From assembly GCA_964016885.1 (NCBI GenBank), contig OZ024741.1:126170001-126234000 (forward strand): 64,000 nucleotides of DNA, in the 5' to 3' direction. The notes under the pieces are model-generated. The model was not told where the DNA came from and ran no database searches. It saw only the letters and a program-made list of their open reading frames with translations. This DNA comes from Eledone cirrhosa. Taxonomy: Eukaryota. Shown here piece after piece: positions 41,374-57,461 of this stretch; the first letter of the stretch is position 1; each line of letters starts with the position of its first letter. Both the position numbers and the translations under genes were made by a program.

Positions 41374-41454
41374 ATATATATATATGTGTGTATATGTATA
41401 TATATACATATGTGTGTGTATGTGTTTGTATATGTGTGTCTGTATATATATGTG

Positions 41455-41517
<63 letters not shown>

Positions 41518-41555
41518 TAGCGAGATTTTTTATATGAAATCGTGTGTCGAAACAA

Positions 41556-44530
41556 ATATTGTTATACTTGGGGAGGGTCATATTTGTGTAATATTGCCAG
41601 AATTAATAACAGAAAACACTCACTGTTTGGTTGGTTTTCGCTTCTCGCTGTCTTTTATATCTGCGATCTAACTTAATCGGTCCTCAATGTTGCCATTGAC
41701 TGACCGACGGTCAAAAATAATACAGATACAATATAGACACAAACACATATATATAGTTTACATAATTTACATAAATCTTTCGTTGCACATCTGCAACATC
41801 GTCAGTGGTGTTATATTTTTTCCTCCTGTTGTGTTGTATGCCTACGCCATTTTTTATTCAGTCTGTCTATATATTTATTTATTTATTTGCTTGTTTGTTT
41901 ATTTTATTTTGTCTTCTTTGCGCATGCGTTTGCGTGTGTGTACCCCACATCACCAACACGAGCGAAGTTGCACAACAAACACACGATGGGAGAGAAAAAA
42001 TCCTCAACGCTCACATGATGATGTGGACTGACATCCTAAAGCCAAGCAGACGCACTGCCAACAACTTCCAGGCGTCTAACAATGGCATACCACCCTTGTA
42101 TGGGCTCCGCAAAGACCACAAGACAGTCGACGACCCGACAACAGGACCACCAACAAGACCCGTATGCTGAGCTAATATAGCTAGCAACTACAGGATCTCC
42201 TACTTCCTCTCGATGGTTATACGCCCCATAATCAAGATGTCCCCAGATGTATGTGAAAGTACAGAGGACCTCCTCAGCAGAATCAGTGAGTGCAACAAAA
42301 ACAGGAGCCTATCCAACTGCATAATAGGCAGCATGGATGTGGTGTCACTGTACCCATCCATTAACATTGATTTTGCTGTGAAAAGATGTGTGGAGATGAT
42401 CATCGAGAGTGAGGTGGAGTTCTGCGACGTCGACACACGAACTGGGCCTCCTACTTAGACTTACCTACGACACTGACTACCTAGACAGCCATGACCTTAG
42501 ATGTTTCTGCCCTAGTAGACCTATAAGAGGTAGACCCCCCCACCATAACCTCAATGGCAAAAAAGACTCCCATGGGAAGGTGGATTGGGTGGACCAAAGC
42601 TATACGGACCCCCCAAAACAATGATCAGGTAAGAAAAATGGTCGCACATGCAATAGGGGCTAGTATCAAAACTACCCTAAAGGGCCACATATTTAAGTTC
42701 AATGAGAAAATCTACACCCAAAATGAAGGAGCAGCCATCGGCGTCAGCATAGCTGGTGATGTTGCCAACCTTTTCATGGTATGGTGGGAAAGGAGACTTA
42801 AAGATCTCCTTAATGAAAGCTCCATAGACCTCATCATGTACTCTCGTTATGTAGACGATATCAATATAGTTATAAGAACACCCCCACTAGAGAGCACTAA
42901 CAAGTTCGAATTAGAACGTAGCACAATGGAAAGCATCCAGCAGATAGCTAATTCCATACACCAGAGTATAACTGTAACTATCGACTTCCCTTCCAAACAC
43001 CCAACAATAGACTACCTGTATTAGACACAGAACTCTGGATTAACACTATAGACGAGAGAGCCCAAATTCTCCACTCACACTATGCTAAACCCATGGCCTC
43101 TAAATACCTGATACTCAAAAACTCAGCAATGTCCAGTAGTGCTAAGTTTAATATTCTGATCGCAGATTTGGTACGAGTGATGAAGAATGTGTCCAGCATG
43201 TGCGACCCAACAGAAATGGAAAGACACATCCAACACTTCATCAACCGCATGCAGTTCTCTGGCTACAACCAAAGAGACAGAGTCAGAGTATACGAAGGAG
43301 CCATGGAAAAGTATAAGACCCTAATAGAACTGGACATGAAAGGAATTTGCCCATTATACAGGAGCAAATCATGGAATAGCTTAGATAGGGCTAGACATAA
43401 GATAGGGAAGGCCACATCATGGTACGACAACCAGAGATATCAGAGTGTCATGTTTGTGGACGCCACCCCTGGAGGGAAATTAGCTAACCAGTGTAGAAAG
43501 GCCCTGAGAAAGACCCACTTAAAAATAAAGGTGGTAGAAAAGCCAGGAACCACCATAAAATCCCTGATCAGCAAAGCCTACCCCTTTAAGAAAACCCACT
43601 GTACCAATAGGAAATGTATCATATGTAAGGTGAACCCCCGGATAAACTGTAAAACTAGAAACGTAGTCTATAGCATAAGATGTACAGAGGGTACTTGCAG
43701 AAACATGACAACAACATACATAGGCGAAACAGCTCGTAGCATAGGTGAAAGGATAGACCAACACTGGGGGGAACTAAAAGGACGAAAAAACGGGTCAGTA
43801 CTATACGAACATGCTAGACAACAACATGACGGTAACATAGACAACATAGAAATTAGAATAATATCTAAACATAGGAATGACCCAGCAGATAGGCAAATCA
43901 GAGAGGCCAGTGAAATAGAAATTAGAAGACCAAAGCTAAACAGAAAGAATGAGTGGAACAACAACAACACCCAAACAAACAATACTGACCTAAGAGAAGT
44001 ATAAATAAGTAAATAAAATAAAATAAAATAAGATAAATAAATACATACACAAGCACAATAACAACAAGCACATAAACACACACTAGTCACCCAGCAGACA
44101 CAACACTATACACACTAATCACACAGCAAACGTAACACTATACACACACGCAAACGCATGCGCAAAGAAGACAAAATAAAATAAACAAACAAGCAAATAA
44201 ATAAATAAATATATAGACAGACTGAATAAAAAATGGCGTAGACATACAACACAACAGGAGGAAAAAAAAATATAACACCACTGACGATGTTGCAGATGTG
44301 CAACGAAAGATTTATGTAAATTATGTAAACTATATATATGTGTTTGTGTCTATATTGTATCTGTATTATTTTTGACCGTCGGTCAGTCAATGGCAACGTT
44401 GAGGACCGATTAAGTTAGATCGCAGATATAAAAGACAGCGAGAAGCGAAAACCAACCAAACAGTGAGTGTGTTCTGTTATTAATTCTGGCAATATTACAC
44501 AAATATGACCCTCCCCAAGTATAACAATAT
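41556..44530 (+). mobile_element. 5'-truncated PLE flanked by an inverted pLTR pair (41556-41942 and 44141-44530); RT + GIY-YIG pseudo-ORF 41943-44004
   Basis: LYGLRKDHK, MDVVSLYPSI, GAAIG, RYVDD, VVY..YIGET..R..H; one in-frame TGA and about 3 frameshifts; pLTR has CTGACGA-tgttgca gatg tgcaac-GAAA at 44281. Confidence 0.92.
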
Positions 44531-46651
<2,121 letters not shown>

Positions 46652-49578
46652 CTAAGACGGGTAAAATCCCGAGATCCATGGACGAGTTTTCTCCAGCGGT
46701 CTCTGTCCCTCATTATCGCTGCCATGTCCTGTGTCTCCAACATACTAGTGTCTGTCCTTAGGGCATCAACATACGTTAACCTTGGTCTTCCTCTTCCAAT
46801 GTGTCCATGTAGGGGCTCCCACAGGAGCACTGAGTGCAATGTCAACTCTGGATGTCGGTGAGCATGTCCAGCTAACCTCAGTCTCCTCTGTGTCACTTTT
46901 GAGCTGACTTTTGGGAGGCTCCCATACAGCTCTGAGTTTTTCATCCTCAGTGTATACTGATTAATGTTCAGAGCCATCATCATCATTCTCGTGTAGCACC
47001 CATCTACCATCTAAGTGAGTTTCTTGGACAGTGTCTCAGACCCGTACAGCAGCACAGACTCCACTACAGCAATGAAGAGGCGGATTTTCAGGTCTTTACG
47101 AAGGTCCGACTTCCACACCGATCTCAAGCTGTGGCACGCCACCCAGACCTTGCTCTTCCTCTCAACCACATCATCTTCCGTATTCCCAATGTTTGCTCTC
47201 AAAAACAGGAAGTCCTCAACCAATTATAGCGGCTTCCGGCCTACATTAGTAATCCCCTCTGGCTTCTCAACATTCTCAACCATATATTTTGTTTTAGTCT
47301 CATTTATTCTGAGCCCCACACTCATCGACACAGTCTCTACCTCCCGCATCAAATCCTCTGCCTCCTTCACTGTATTTGTCACCAAAACTATGTCGTCGGC
47401 AAATTCAGCATCCGATACCTTTTTCGCCTTAACTCTCCTGCTCTGAGCCGGTGCTACAGTAAAACCAGAGTCCTGGTGTTTCTCCAGTGCAAGGCGCATA
47501 CAAGAGTCCACAACGATGATAAAAAGGTAGGGAGCCACTCTATCTCCCTGGAGCACTCCATCCAGTATCTTAAAGAACTCTTTCATCCCATCAGGTGTAA
47601 TGACTTGGGCTTTGCTGTTGATGTAGAGCAGTGATATCAGGTCCACTATCATCTTGGGGATTCCATAAGCCTGTAAGATCTTCATCAGGCAGTGACGGTC
47701 CACAGAATCAAAGGCCTTCCCAAAGTCAATGAAAACCATGACCGCAGCTCCTTCTCCAGTGCCTGGTTACAAAACCCCAAGATGATATCATCAAAATCAC
47801 ACCTCTTCATCACCTCTGATGCCACTCCATATCTCCATGAACCTTGCCCTCCTTGATCTTCTTGGCTTTCTGAAGCTCCTCTCTGGTGAAGGGCTCTGTC
47901 TCAATATCCAGTTCTTCAAACAGCCTCCTGATCTCCCCAGTGCTCTGGGTTGTGGAGGGCGGCTCTCCTAGTAGGGTCCTAAAATGGTCTAGCCATTTCC
48001 TCTTCCTAGCCTCGGGCCCTGTTCCCTGGATCTGACTCGAACACCTTCTCTTCCTCCCTGTGATCCGCTCTCTCCACACTTCTGATCTCTATCCGTGCCT
48101 CCTATCTGACCTCAGTGTAAGTGGTACAGAATTCTTCCCTCATCACCTCCACAGTCTCCTTCTTCTCCTCCGTAGGATCAGCATAGAATTGGTCCTTGGC
48201 AGCTTTCAGGTATTCTCTGGCTGCACACACTTTTGGATCTGCAGAGCTGACGTGCTTCCTTTTGTTCTTTCTCCTCGGCACCAGGGTCTCACTTGCTTCC
48301 GCCACTGCATTGGTGAAGTGCCCGTACCTCCTCATCACACTCTCCTCAGTCCATCCAATTTCTCTCCCCTCTGTTTCTCCACACAGAGCACTTAACCTGT
48401 TCCTTACTTCCACTGTGAACCTCTCATGTAGCTTGTCATCGTCCTTGAAAGCTCCCCAGTCATAGATTGCTCTCCGGGGCTAAGACTTGCTCTTTCTTAA
48501 GCTCACCCGGACCTCACTCATAACAAGCCGGTGGTCACTACCCAGTGTACTGAAATAGTTGTATGGTTCTGTGTTCAGAATACTATTCCGCCACTTTTTC
48601 CTCACCAGAATGAAATCAATCTGGGACTTGGACAGGTGCCTATCTGAGATGTAGGTCCACATCTTCCCCGGATTCTTCCTAAACCTTACGTTGGTCGCTA
48701 TCAAGTTCGCCTCCAACAGGGTGTCACTCAGTAGTCTTCCATTTCGGTTGGTGTTGTTATGGAAGTACCAGCAAGGATCTTCACTGCCCTCCTTACTCAG
48801 ATGTGCATTGAAGTCCCCCAAAACAAGCAGGATGTTGTGGGATTGTGTGGTGTTGATAGCTCTACACACCTCCTCATAGAACTCTTCCGCAGGTTTCCAT
48901 TGAAGGTCACCCTCAACACTCGCGGGGAGATATGTATTATTTCCCTCACCAATAGACTGGTTTTTGTACTGAAAATAAAACCCACTCCTCCCACTGCATT
49001 ATGGGTATTGTACCTCACTGCCGATGTGGTGATGAGCTGGCTCATCTTCCCAATCATCACACTCCTCACGGGCTCATCATGTAGGATCCTATGTTCTTGG
49101 ATCGCAAGTATCTGTATACCACTCTCCTCGAACAGATGTCCCAACTCCTCTCTCTTCTCCAGCGTCCGAATAGTCCTCACATTCAAAGTGCCCATGTTGA
49201 TGGCTCTTCTGCAGGACAAAACTGCATTCTTTATATCCATCAGCTGATCCATCATCCACTGACCCTCCATGTGGCTCTAAGCCAGCAGAGCCATAACGAC
49301 CAGACTGCTTCTTGACAGTGTAATTGGGGGCTCTAACCCTAGTGCTGTTAGATAGACTCTCCATATTTCTTTTCAATGGGTGACAATACCTTACCGGCAC
49401 AACTCGAATAAGGTAGTTATTTAACCCATAAATGGGGCCCTAACAGGTACCACTACTCTGGGCCAGAGCAGACCTGGGAGTTATGACAACTAAGGGGTAA
49501 CTCCACATTCCTCACAGCTCCTGAACTCCCGAACTGGAGCCTTGCCACTGGATGTAGTTTAATGTCATACCCAGGACA
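46652..49578 (-). mobile_element. Near-full-length decayed RTE-clade LINE (5' UTR, AP endonuclease, RT)
   Basis: GTLNVRT, ILAIQEHR, GDFNAH, SDHRLV, FIDFGKAFDSV, GVLQGD, FADD, LRLAGH; frameshifts and a deletion near 47745; (TA)-rich tracts at both ends. Confidence 0.93.
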
Positions 49579-49631
49579 CACATATATATATATATATATA
49601 CATATATATATACATACATATATATATACAC

Positions 49632-49664
<33 letters not shown>

Positions 49665-49749
49665 CATACATATATATATATATATATATACATATATATA
49701 CACATATATATACATATATATATATACATATATATACATATTTATATAC

Positions 49750-49784
<35 letters not shown>

Positions 49785-49899
49785 ACGAAGGAATTGTGGT
49801 GTGGAACCAGATGGACCATAACGCACCAGAGTACTCAGTACTTAGGGTAGTAGAAATAGCCGTCGAAACGGCTTGAGCTCTGCCGTCGGGGTTATATCT

Positions 49900-49942
<43 letters not shown>

Positions 49943-49947
<5 letters not shown>

Positions 49948-50284
49948 AAATGAAAATCTGAAGGCAAGGTAAAATTCCAATCAATTAATCACGACACATG
50001 TTTCAATAAGAGATAGATCGATTGTGAAGTCATGATCGATTATAACTGTCTCATCAGGTGAAAATGAATTGTCTTCAAATTCTTGATATGAGGGAGAAAA
50101 AAAATAACGATGTTCTCTCACAGAATTCATTCCCTCATATTTTTTTTTCTCCCTCATATCAAGAATTTGAAGGCAATTCATTTTCATCTGATGAGATCAG
50201 TGATAATCGATCATGCTCTTATTGGAACATGCATCGTGATTAATTGATTGGAATTTTACCTTGCCTTCAGATTTTCATTTTGAT
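49943..50284. repeat. Imperfect fold-back; hammerhead 49989-50061 (-) with a decayed partner at 50184-50239 (+)
   Basis: tcac-CTGATGA-long stem II-GAAA-catgtg-TC-gtga; the partner has GGAA and a deletion. Confidence 0.7.
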
Positions 50285-50424
50285 ACTTATACTCCGTTTT
50301 ACATCAACTAGCTGTTCCCTTGAATGGAATTGGAGATATACAAAAGCGTGGAGAACTTAATATTGCTAACATAAAGTTATTGGATCATTTTACACAACCA
50401 ATAATGCACCTTACTATATAACAA

Positions 50425-50522
<98 letters not shown>

Positions 50523-50940
50523 TGGGATTCGAAACCGATCGGTAAAGGTAACTATAGTAGGTAAAGTCAATTTTTTAAAATTTATTTTGAAACTTTTTCA
50601 TTATTTGCTAAACCTTGTTTATATTTGTTCTGGCTCGTTAATTTATTAACCTGCCATTGAACCACACTGGCATTTGGTTGGACAATACATGCGTCCCTTA
50701 GCGCCTTGTGCGTGAAGGAACACATATCCTATTATTATTATATATATATATATATATAGATATATATATAGAATTAATAAATCTGTACTCCAATGTTACT
50801 AGGTAGTCACATTGGATGGAGTCAACCGACGTCGGAGATTGCTCAACGTATAATAAAATATAATAAAATATGCTTTAAAATCCGGAGAAAATATGAAGAA
50901 AAAGTTTATGAAACGGAAATGCGGGTATAAAGAATTTACT

Positions 50941-51054
50941 AGGTAACAATTGTTTCTATATTGTGTGGGTTACCTATACCTCGCTATTTGTATAATATAA
51001 AAATATTATCATAAATCGTAGGTACACTGTAAGATTCACCATGTCGTCAGACCT
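50941..51054 (-). ncRNA. Candidate hammerhead with a long stem II insertion
   Basis: aggt-CTGACGA-(about 87 nt)-GAAA-caattg-TT-acct; stem II pairing is weak. Confidence 0.5.
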
Positions 51055-51059
51055 TTATG

Positions 51060-51513
51060 GTGAATTTGTCACTACTTTAAAACAATAGCTTACGGTCTTC
51101 AAAATGCTTTTAATTAAGCATAAAGTGTATTGTAAAATACGTTATATATACATCCATATATATATTGCTACTTCAGAGCTCCAATTCTAATTTTTAATTT
51201 CTACCTGACCAACAATCGCTCTGCATAATCAGCTCCTGATTATTTACTAGATTTCTATAAGAATATTACATCAATGATCTCAGTAGACAGGTAGGGTAGT
51301 TGGCCTTGATAAGCTTCAACCAAAGCGAAACAAGTCTTGTCGGCTTATCTCCCCTGTTTGCTGAGATCAAAGTGAGTGAATTTGTCACTACTTTAAAACA
51401 ATAGCTTACGGTCTTCAAAATGCTTTTAATTAAGCATAAAGTGTATTGCAAAATACATTATATATACATCCATATATATATTGATATTTCAGAGCTCCAA
51501 TTCTAATTTTTAA
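51060..51513 (+). mobile_element. 316-bp monomer, about 1.4 tandem copies, with a U3:A8 hammerhead (51302-51345)
   Basis: ggcc-TTGATAA-gctt caacca aagc-GAAA-caagtcttg-TC-ggct; stem I extended by gatctcagtagacagg/cctgtttgctgagatc. Confidence 0.82.
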
Positions 51514-51530
51514 TATATATATATATATAT

Positions 51531-52623
51531 ATATTAGAAAGATCGAGTATCGAAAAATCGGCGCACGAGTTCACGATAAACAATATTCGAAATGAGCGGC
51601 AGAGGGCTCAATAATTCAATTGAATCAGAGCTATAACTATCGTTAAAATACCGTCACACATAGAACAAGTCTACAATCAACCATACGATAAAAAATCGAT
51701 AATAGAAGATTCGGGACAAACAGATAAAAAATATCAATAAAACAATACATCAATAATTTAAATGAATGTAAAATCATACCCGGACCCACTAGAAAGGTGT
51801 TAAATCTAGCTTCTTGGGTTTCTGTAAATCCTTAGACTGTACTCTATCAGCTCACATATAAATATAAAAGCCTACTAGAGCAAGAAGAATGGAGTTTACT
51901 TCATCAACGAGCTTTTTTCCTAGCGGATAAGGGGCTAACCACCAGTGAAAAACGCACATGGCATTCGACAAGGGAGATAACCTCTACATCCGCGAAAACT
52001 ATTCGAGGAAATGTGGAAATACACATATCGAATAAGAGTGCTCAATAGACATGTTAAAATAAAACAAAAGCTATTCATCACTCAATAGAATCGACAAAAA
52101 ATGAGCAACAAAATTAACTGGTGGATAGCTATGTCAAGAGCTAAAAATATTAGAAAGATCGAGTATCGAAAAATCGGCGCACGAGTTCACGATAAACAAT
52201 ATTCGAAATGAGCGGCAGAGGGCTCAATAATTCAATTGAATCAGAGCTATAACTATCGTTAAAATACCGTCACACATAGAACAAGTCTACAATCAACCAT
52301 ACGATAAAAAATCGATAATAGAAGATTCGGGACAAACAGATAAAAAATATCAATAAAACAATACATCAATAATTTAAATGAATGTAAAATCATACCCGGA
52401 CCCACTAGAAAGGTGTTAAATCTAGCTTCTTGGGTTTCTGTAAATCCTTAGACTGTACTCTATCAGCTCACATATAAATATAAAAGCCTACTAGAGCAAG
52501 AGGAATGGAGTTTACTTCATCAACGAGCTTTTTTCCTAGCGGATAAGGGGCTAACCACCAGTGAAAAACGCACATGGCATTCGACAAGGGAGATAACCTC
52601 TACATCCGCGAAAACTATTCGAG
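51531..52623 (-). mobile_element. 616-bp monomer, about 1.8 near-identical tandem copies, with a candidate U3.G8 hammerhead (51778-51912, 52394-52528)
   Basis: gctcg-TTGATGA-agtaaa..tttaca-GAAA-ccca..tggg-TC-cgggt; flanked by (TA)-rich tracts. Confidence 0.7.
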
Positions 52624-52707
52624 ATATACATATATATATATACATATATATATATATACATATATACATATATATACATATATATATATATATTCATATA
52701 TATATAC

Positions 52708-52740
<33 letters not shown>

Positions 52741-53061
52741 CATATATATATACATATATATATATACATATATGTATATACATATATATATATACATATA
52801 TATATATACATATATATATACATATATATATATACATATATATATACATATACATATATATATACATATATACATATATACATATATATATATACATATA
52901 TACATATATACATATATATATTTATATATATACATATATACATATATATATTTATATATATACATATATACATATATATATTTATATATATACATATATA
53001 CATATATAAATATACCAATATATATATATATATACATATATATACATATATATATACACAC

Positions 53062-53092
<31 letters not shown>

Positions 53093-53167
53093 CACATATA
53101 TATATATATATACACATATATATATACACATATATATATATATATATACACATATATATATATATAT

Positions 53168-53221
<54 letters not shown>

Positions 53222-53277
53222 TATATATATATACATATATATATACACTTATATATATATACATATATATATATGCA

Positions 53278-53309
<32 letters not shown>

Positions 53310-53324
53310 CATATACATATATAT

Positions 53325-55193
53325 ATAAATTGAAACAAAATGAAAACGAAATTTCATTTCTCACTCTTAGTATGGCACTTACTTAAATGTAAGTATGCAT
53401 GTATACGTACATACAAATATGTATAAAGACGTACAGTAGCATGCACATATATATATATATATACATATATATATACATATGCATACAGGTACACATACAT
53501 ATATGCACGTATCAGTTTAGCGGCGCTAACGTCGCTTTGTTCGTTTGTAAACAAACTGAACAGCCTGAATTTATGCCATACGGTGTTAAGGCAACCACGT
53601 CACCTTTTTGTTCAACACTGACACAGGAACGATGTACTAGTTTCAAGCTTGTTAGCTATCATCAGCACCGTTTACCCATCTGCCAGATAGTTGAACGTTC
53701 GAAAGTATATACTTTCCTTATGAAAATTAACGGCTGAGCAGCCTAATTTGCATATTGAGTGAGTTAAATCGGTCAGGCATACCGAAAACGATAAATTGAA
53801 ACAAAATGAAAACGAAATTTCATTTCTCACTCTTAGTATGGCACTTACTTAAATGTAAGTATGCATGTATACGTACATACATATATGTATACAGACGTAC
53901 AGTAGCATGCACATATATATATATATATACATATATATATACATATGCATACAGGTACACATCTGGCAGATGGGTAAACGGTGCTGATGATAGCTAACAA
54001 GCTTGAAACTAGTACATCGTTCCTGTGTCAGTGTTGAACAAAAAGGTGACGTGGTTGCCTTAACACCGTATGGCATAAATTCAGGCTGTTCAGTTTGTTT
54101 ACAAACGAACAAAGCGACGTTAGCGCCGCTAAACTGATACGTGCATATATGTATGTGTACCTGTATGCATATGTATATATATATGTATATATATATATAT
54201 ATGTGCATGCTACTGTACGTCTGTATACATATATGTATGTACGTATACATGCATACTTACATTTAAGTAAGTGCCATACTAAGAGTGAGAAATGAAATTT
54301 CGTTTTCATTTTGTTTCAATTTATCGTTTTCGGTATGCCTGACCGATTTAACTCACTCAATATGCAAATTAGGCTGCTCAGCCGTTAATTTTCATAAGGA
54401 AAGTATATACTTTCGAACGTTCAACTATCTGGCAGATGGGTAAACGGTGCTGATGATAGCTAACAAGCTTGAAACTAGTACATCGTTCCTGTGTCAGTGT
54501 TGAACAAAAAGGTGACGTGGTTGCCTTAACACCGTATGGCATAAATTCAGGCTGTTCAGTTTGTTTACAAACGAACAAAGCGACGTTAGCGCCGCTAAAC
54601 TGATACGTGCATATATGTATGTGTACCTGTATGCATATGTATATATATATGTATATATATATATATATGTGCATGCTACTGTACGTCTGTATACATATAT
54701 GTATGTACGTATACATGCATACTTACATTTAAGTAAGTGCCATACTAAGAGTGAGAAATGAAATTTCGTTTTCATTTTGTTTCAATTTATCGTTTTCGGT
54801 ATGCCTGACCGATTTAACTCACTCAATATGCAAATTAGGCTGCTCAGCCGTTAATTTTCATAAGGAAAGTATATACTTTCGAACGTTCAACTATCTGGCA
54901 GATGGGTAAACGGTGCTGATGATAGCTAACAAGCTTGAAACTAGTACATCGTTCCTGTGTCAGTGTTGAACAAAAAGGTGACGTGGTTGCCTTAACACCG
55001 TATGGCATAAATTCAGGCTGTTCAGTTTGTTTACAAACGAACAAAGCGACGTTAGCGCCGCTAAACTGATACGTGCATATATGTATGTGTACCTGTATGC
55101 ATATGTATATATATATGTATATATATATATATATGTGCATGCTACTGTACGTCTGTATACATATATGTATGTACGTATACATGCATACTTACA
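53325..55193. mobile_element. Retrozyme-like array: 466-bp monomer, about 1.4 inverted copies (53325-53960) plus about 2.6 tandem copies (53961-55193)
   Basis: HHR aacggtg-CTGATGA-tagct aaca agctt-GAAA-ctag-TA-catcgtt at 53977, 54443, 54909 (+) and 53628-53672 (-). Confidence 0.92.
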
Positions 55194-55248
55194 TATATAT
55201 ATACATATATGTATGTACGTATACATGCATACTTACATATATATATAC

Positions 55249-55297
<49 letters not shown>

Positions 55298-55331
55298 CAT
55301 ATATATACATATATTTATGCATATATATATT

Positions 55332-55363
<32 letters not shown>

Positions 55364-55495
55364 CATATATATATACACACGTATATATATTTATACATAC
55401 ATATATATATACACACACACATATATATATACACACACACACATATATATATATATATACACTTATATATATATATATATATACATACAAATATA

Positions 55496-55526
<31 letters not shown>

Positions 55527-55731
55527 CACTTATATATATATATACATACATATATATAATATATATATATATACACTTATATATATATATATACATACAT
55601 ATATATAATATATATATATATACATTTATATATATATATACATACATATATATAATATATATATATATACACTTATATATATATATACATACATATATAT
55701 AATATATATATATATACACTTATATATATAT

Positions 55732-55797
<66 letters not shown>

Positions 55798-55801
<4 letters not shown>

Positions 55802-56056
55802 AGTATATGTTGGTTGTATACCAACACCTTAGTATGCAGGCTGGAGCACTCGACGAGGTGCGGAGATTGGTTTGGTTACCCCGGAGTAATGTAAAATAAA
55901 GTTAAATAAAAAGTCAAATTTTTAAAATTTAGCTTCGTTTATTACTGCTATATATATATTTCAGTGACAGCCATCTTTGGCTGTGACCTCTTCAGGCAGT
56001 CCGAATTAGTGTGGTATAGACAAGTACATATGTTGTTGAGGTGTATAATTTTGTCA
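55798..56056 (-). mobile_element. Family C hammerhead element (HHR 55944-56000)
   Basis: Homologous to 36418-36675; stem III is one TA unit longer. Confidence 0.82.
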
Positions 56057-56096
56057 CTTATATATATATATATATATATACAGACATATATATACA

Positions 56097-56390
<294 letters not shown>

Positions 56391-56589
56391 TCTATATATT
56401 GTATTTTTAAAGTGCCCAGAAAAACTGTTTCCTTTGAGCTCATTTAATTACAGGATTATACGCGAGTCCTTTGCTCCGTTATTTTTACTATATATATTTA
56501 TATATATATATATATATATACGTTATTCCGGGTTGAATCGGAGGTAACCACAGTGAGTAAGGTACTCAATACATAGCAGAGTATAAACG

Positions 56590-56789
56590 NNNNNNNNNNN
56601 NNNNNNNNNNNNNNNNNNNNNNNNNNNNNNNNNNNNNNNNNNNNNNNNNNNNNNNNNNNNNNNNNNNNNNNNNNNNNNNNNNNNNNNNNNNNNNNNNNNN
56701 NNNNNNNNNNNNNNNNNNNNNNNNNNNNNNNNNNNNNNNNNNNNNNNNNNNNNNNNNNNNNNNNNNNNNNNNNNNNNNNNNNNNNNNNN
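56590..56789. other. Assembly gap (200 N)
   Basis: Run of N. Confidence 1.
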
Positions 56790-57406
56790 GTAGTTGGAAA
56801 GATAACGTTGGTAGTCATGGAAAAGGTGTGACGTCAACAGTGTAACCGCCGCCAACTACAAACATGACACAGCGTTACTTCCATTAGCGTGCGTGAAAAT
56901 GCAAACACGATGCTCTCGAACGGTATAGAGATCGTCTTGGTTCACGTGCTAAATTGGAAGAAGATATGACATATATATATACACACAGAAGAGATACAAC
57001 GAATGTATGACAAAATGTGCTGCAGCTGTTAGTGGAGAGAGCAGATTCTGTTATTGAAGCAGTTGTGTGTTGTTGCTTTATGCTGATTGAACTGCTTTCT
57101 GTCGATTGAACGTGTGTTGCTCACATTTTTAGTTGTAGCTCCTTTCATACAGGAAAGACAGGGGGACGTTGGATACTGAAGCAAGCGTGTGTTTATTGCT
57201 TTAGTGTCGGTTACTATGTTGATCGCGTGCCACTTATTTACTTTGCTTTCTTTATCTTTGACAAACATATAAACAAATGAATATAGGTCCAAATGCGAGG
57301 AAAACCTATTCCTGAGTCTAGGGAACTCACATCCCATGACAAGTTTGAACATAATTGGTTCACTGGTGTTTAAGTACAGAGGGGACAAATATACAAATAA
57401 AGGAGC

Positions 57407-57458
<52 letters not shown>

Positions 57459-57461
<3 letters not shown>

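Noticed and set aside
42168-42170. In-frame TGA in a PLE ORF as possible selenocysteine (as in some Naiad PLEs)
   Set aside because: It is a single TGA in RPVC*A, most simply a GGA-to-TGA mutation. The copy also has frameshifts and a C-terminal endonuclease, unlike Naiads.
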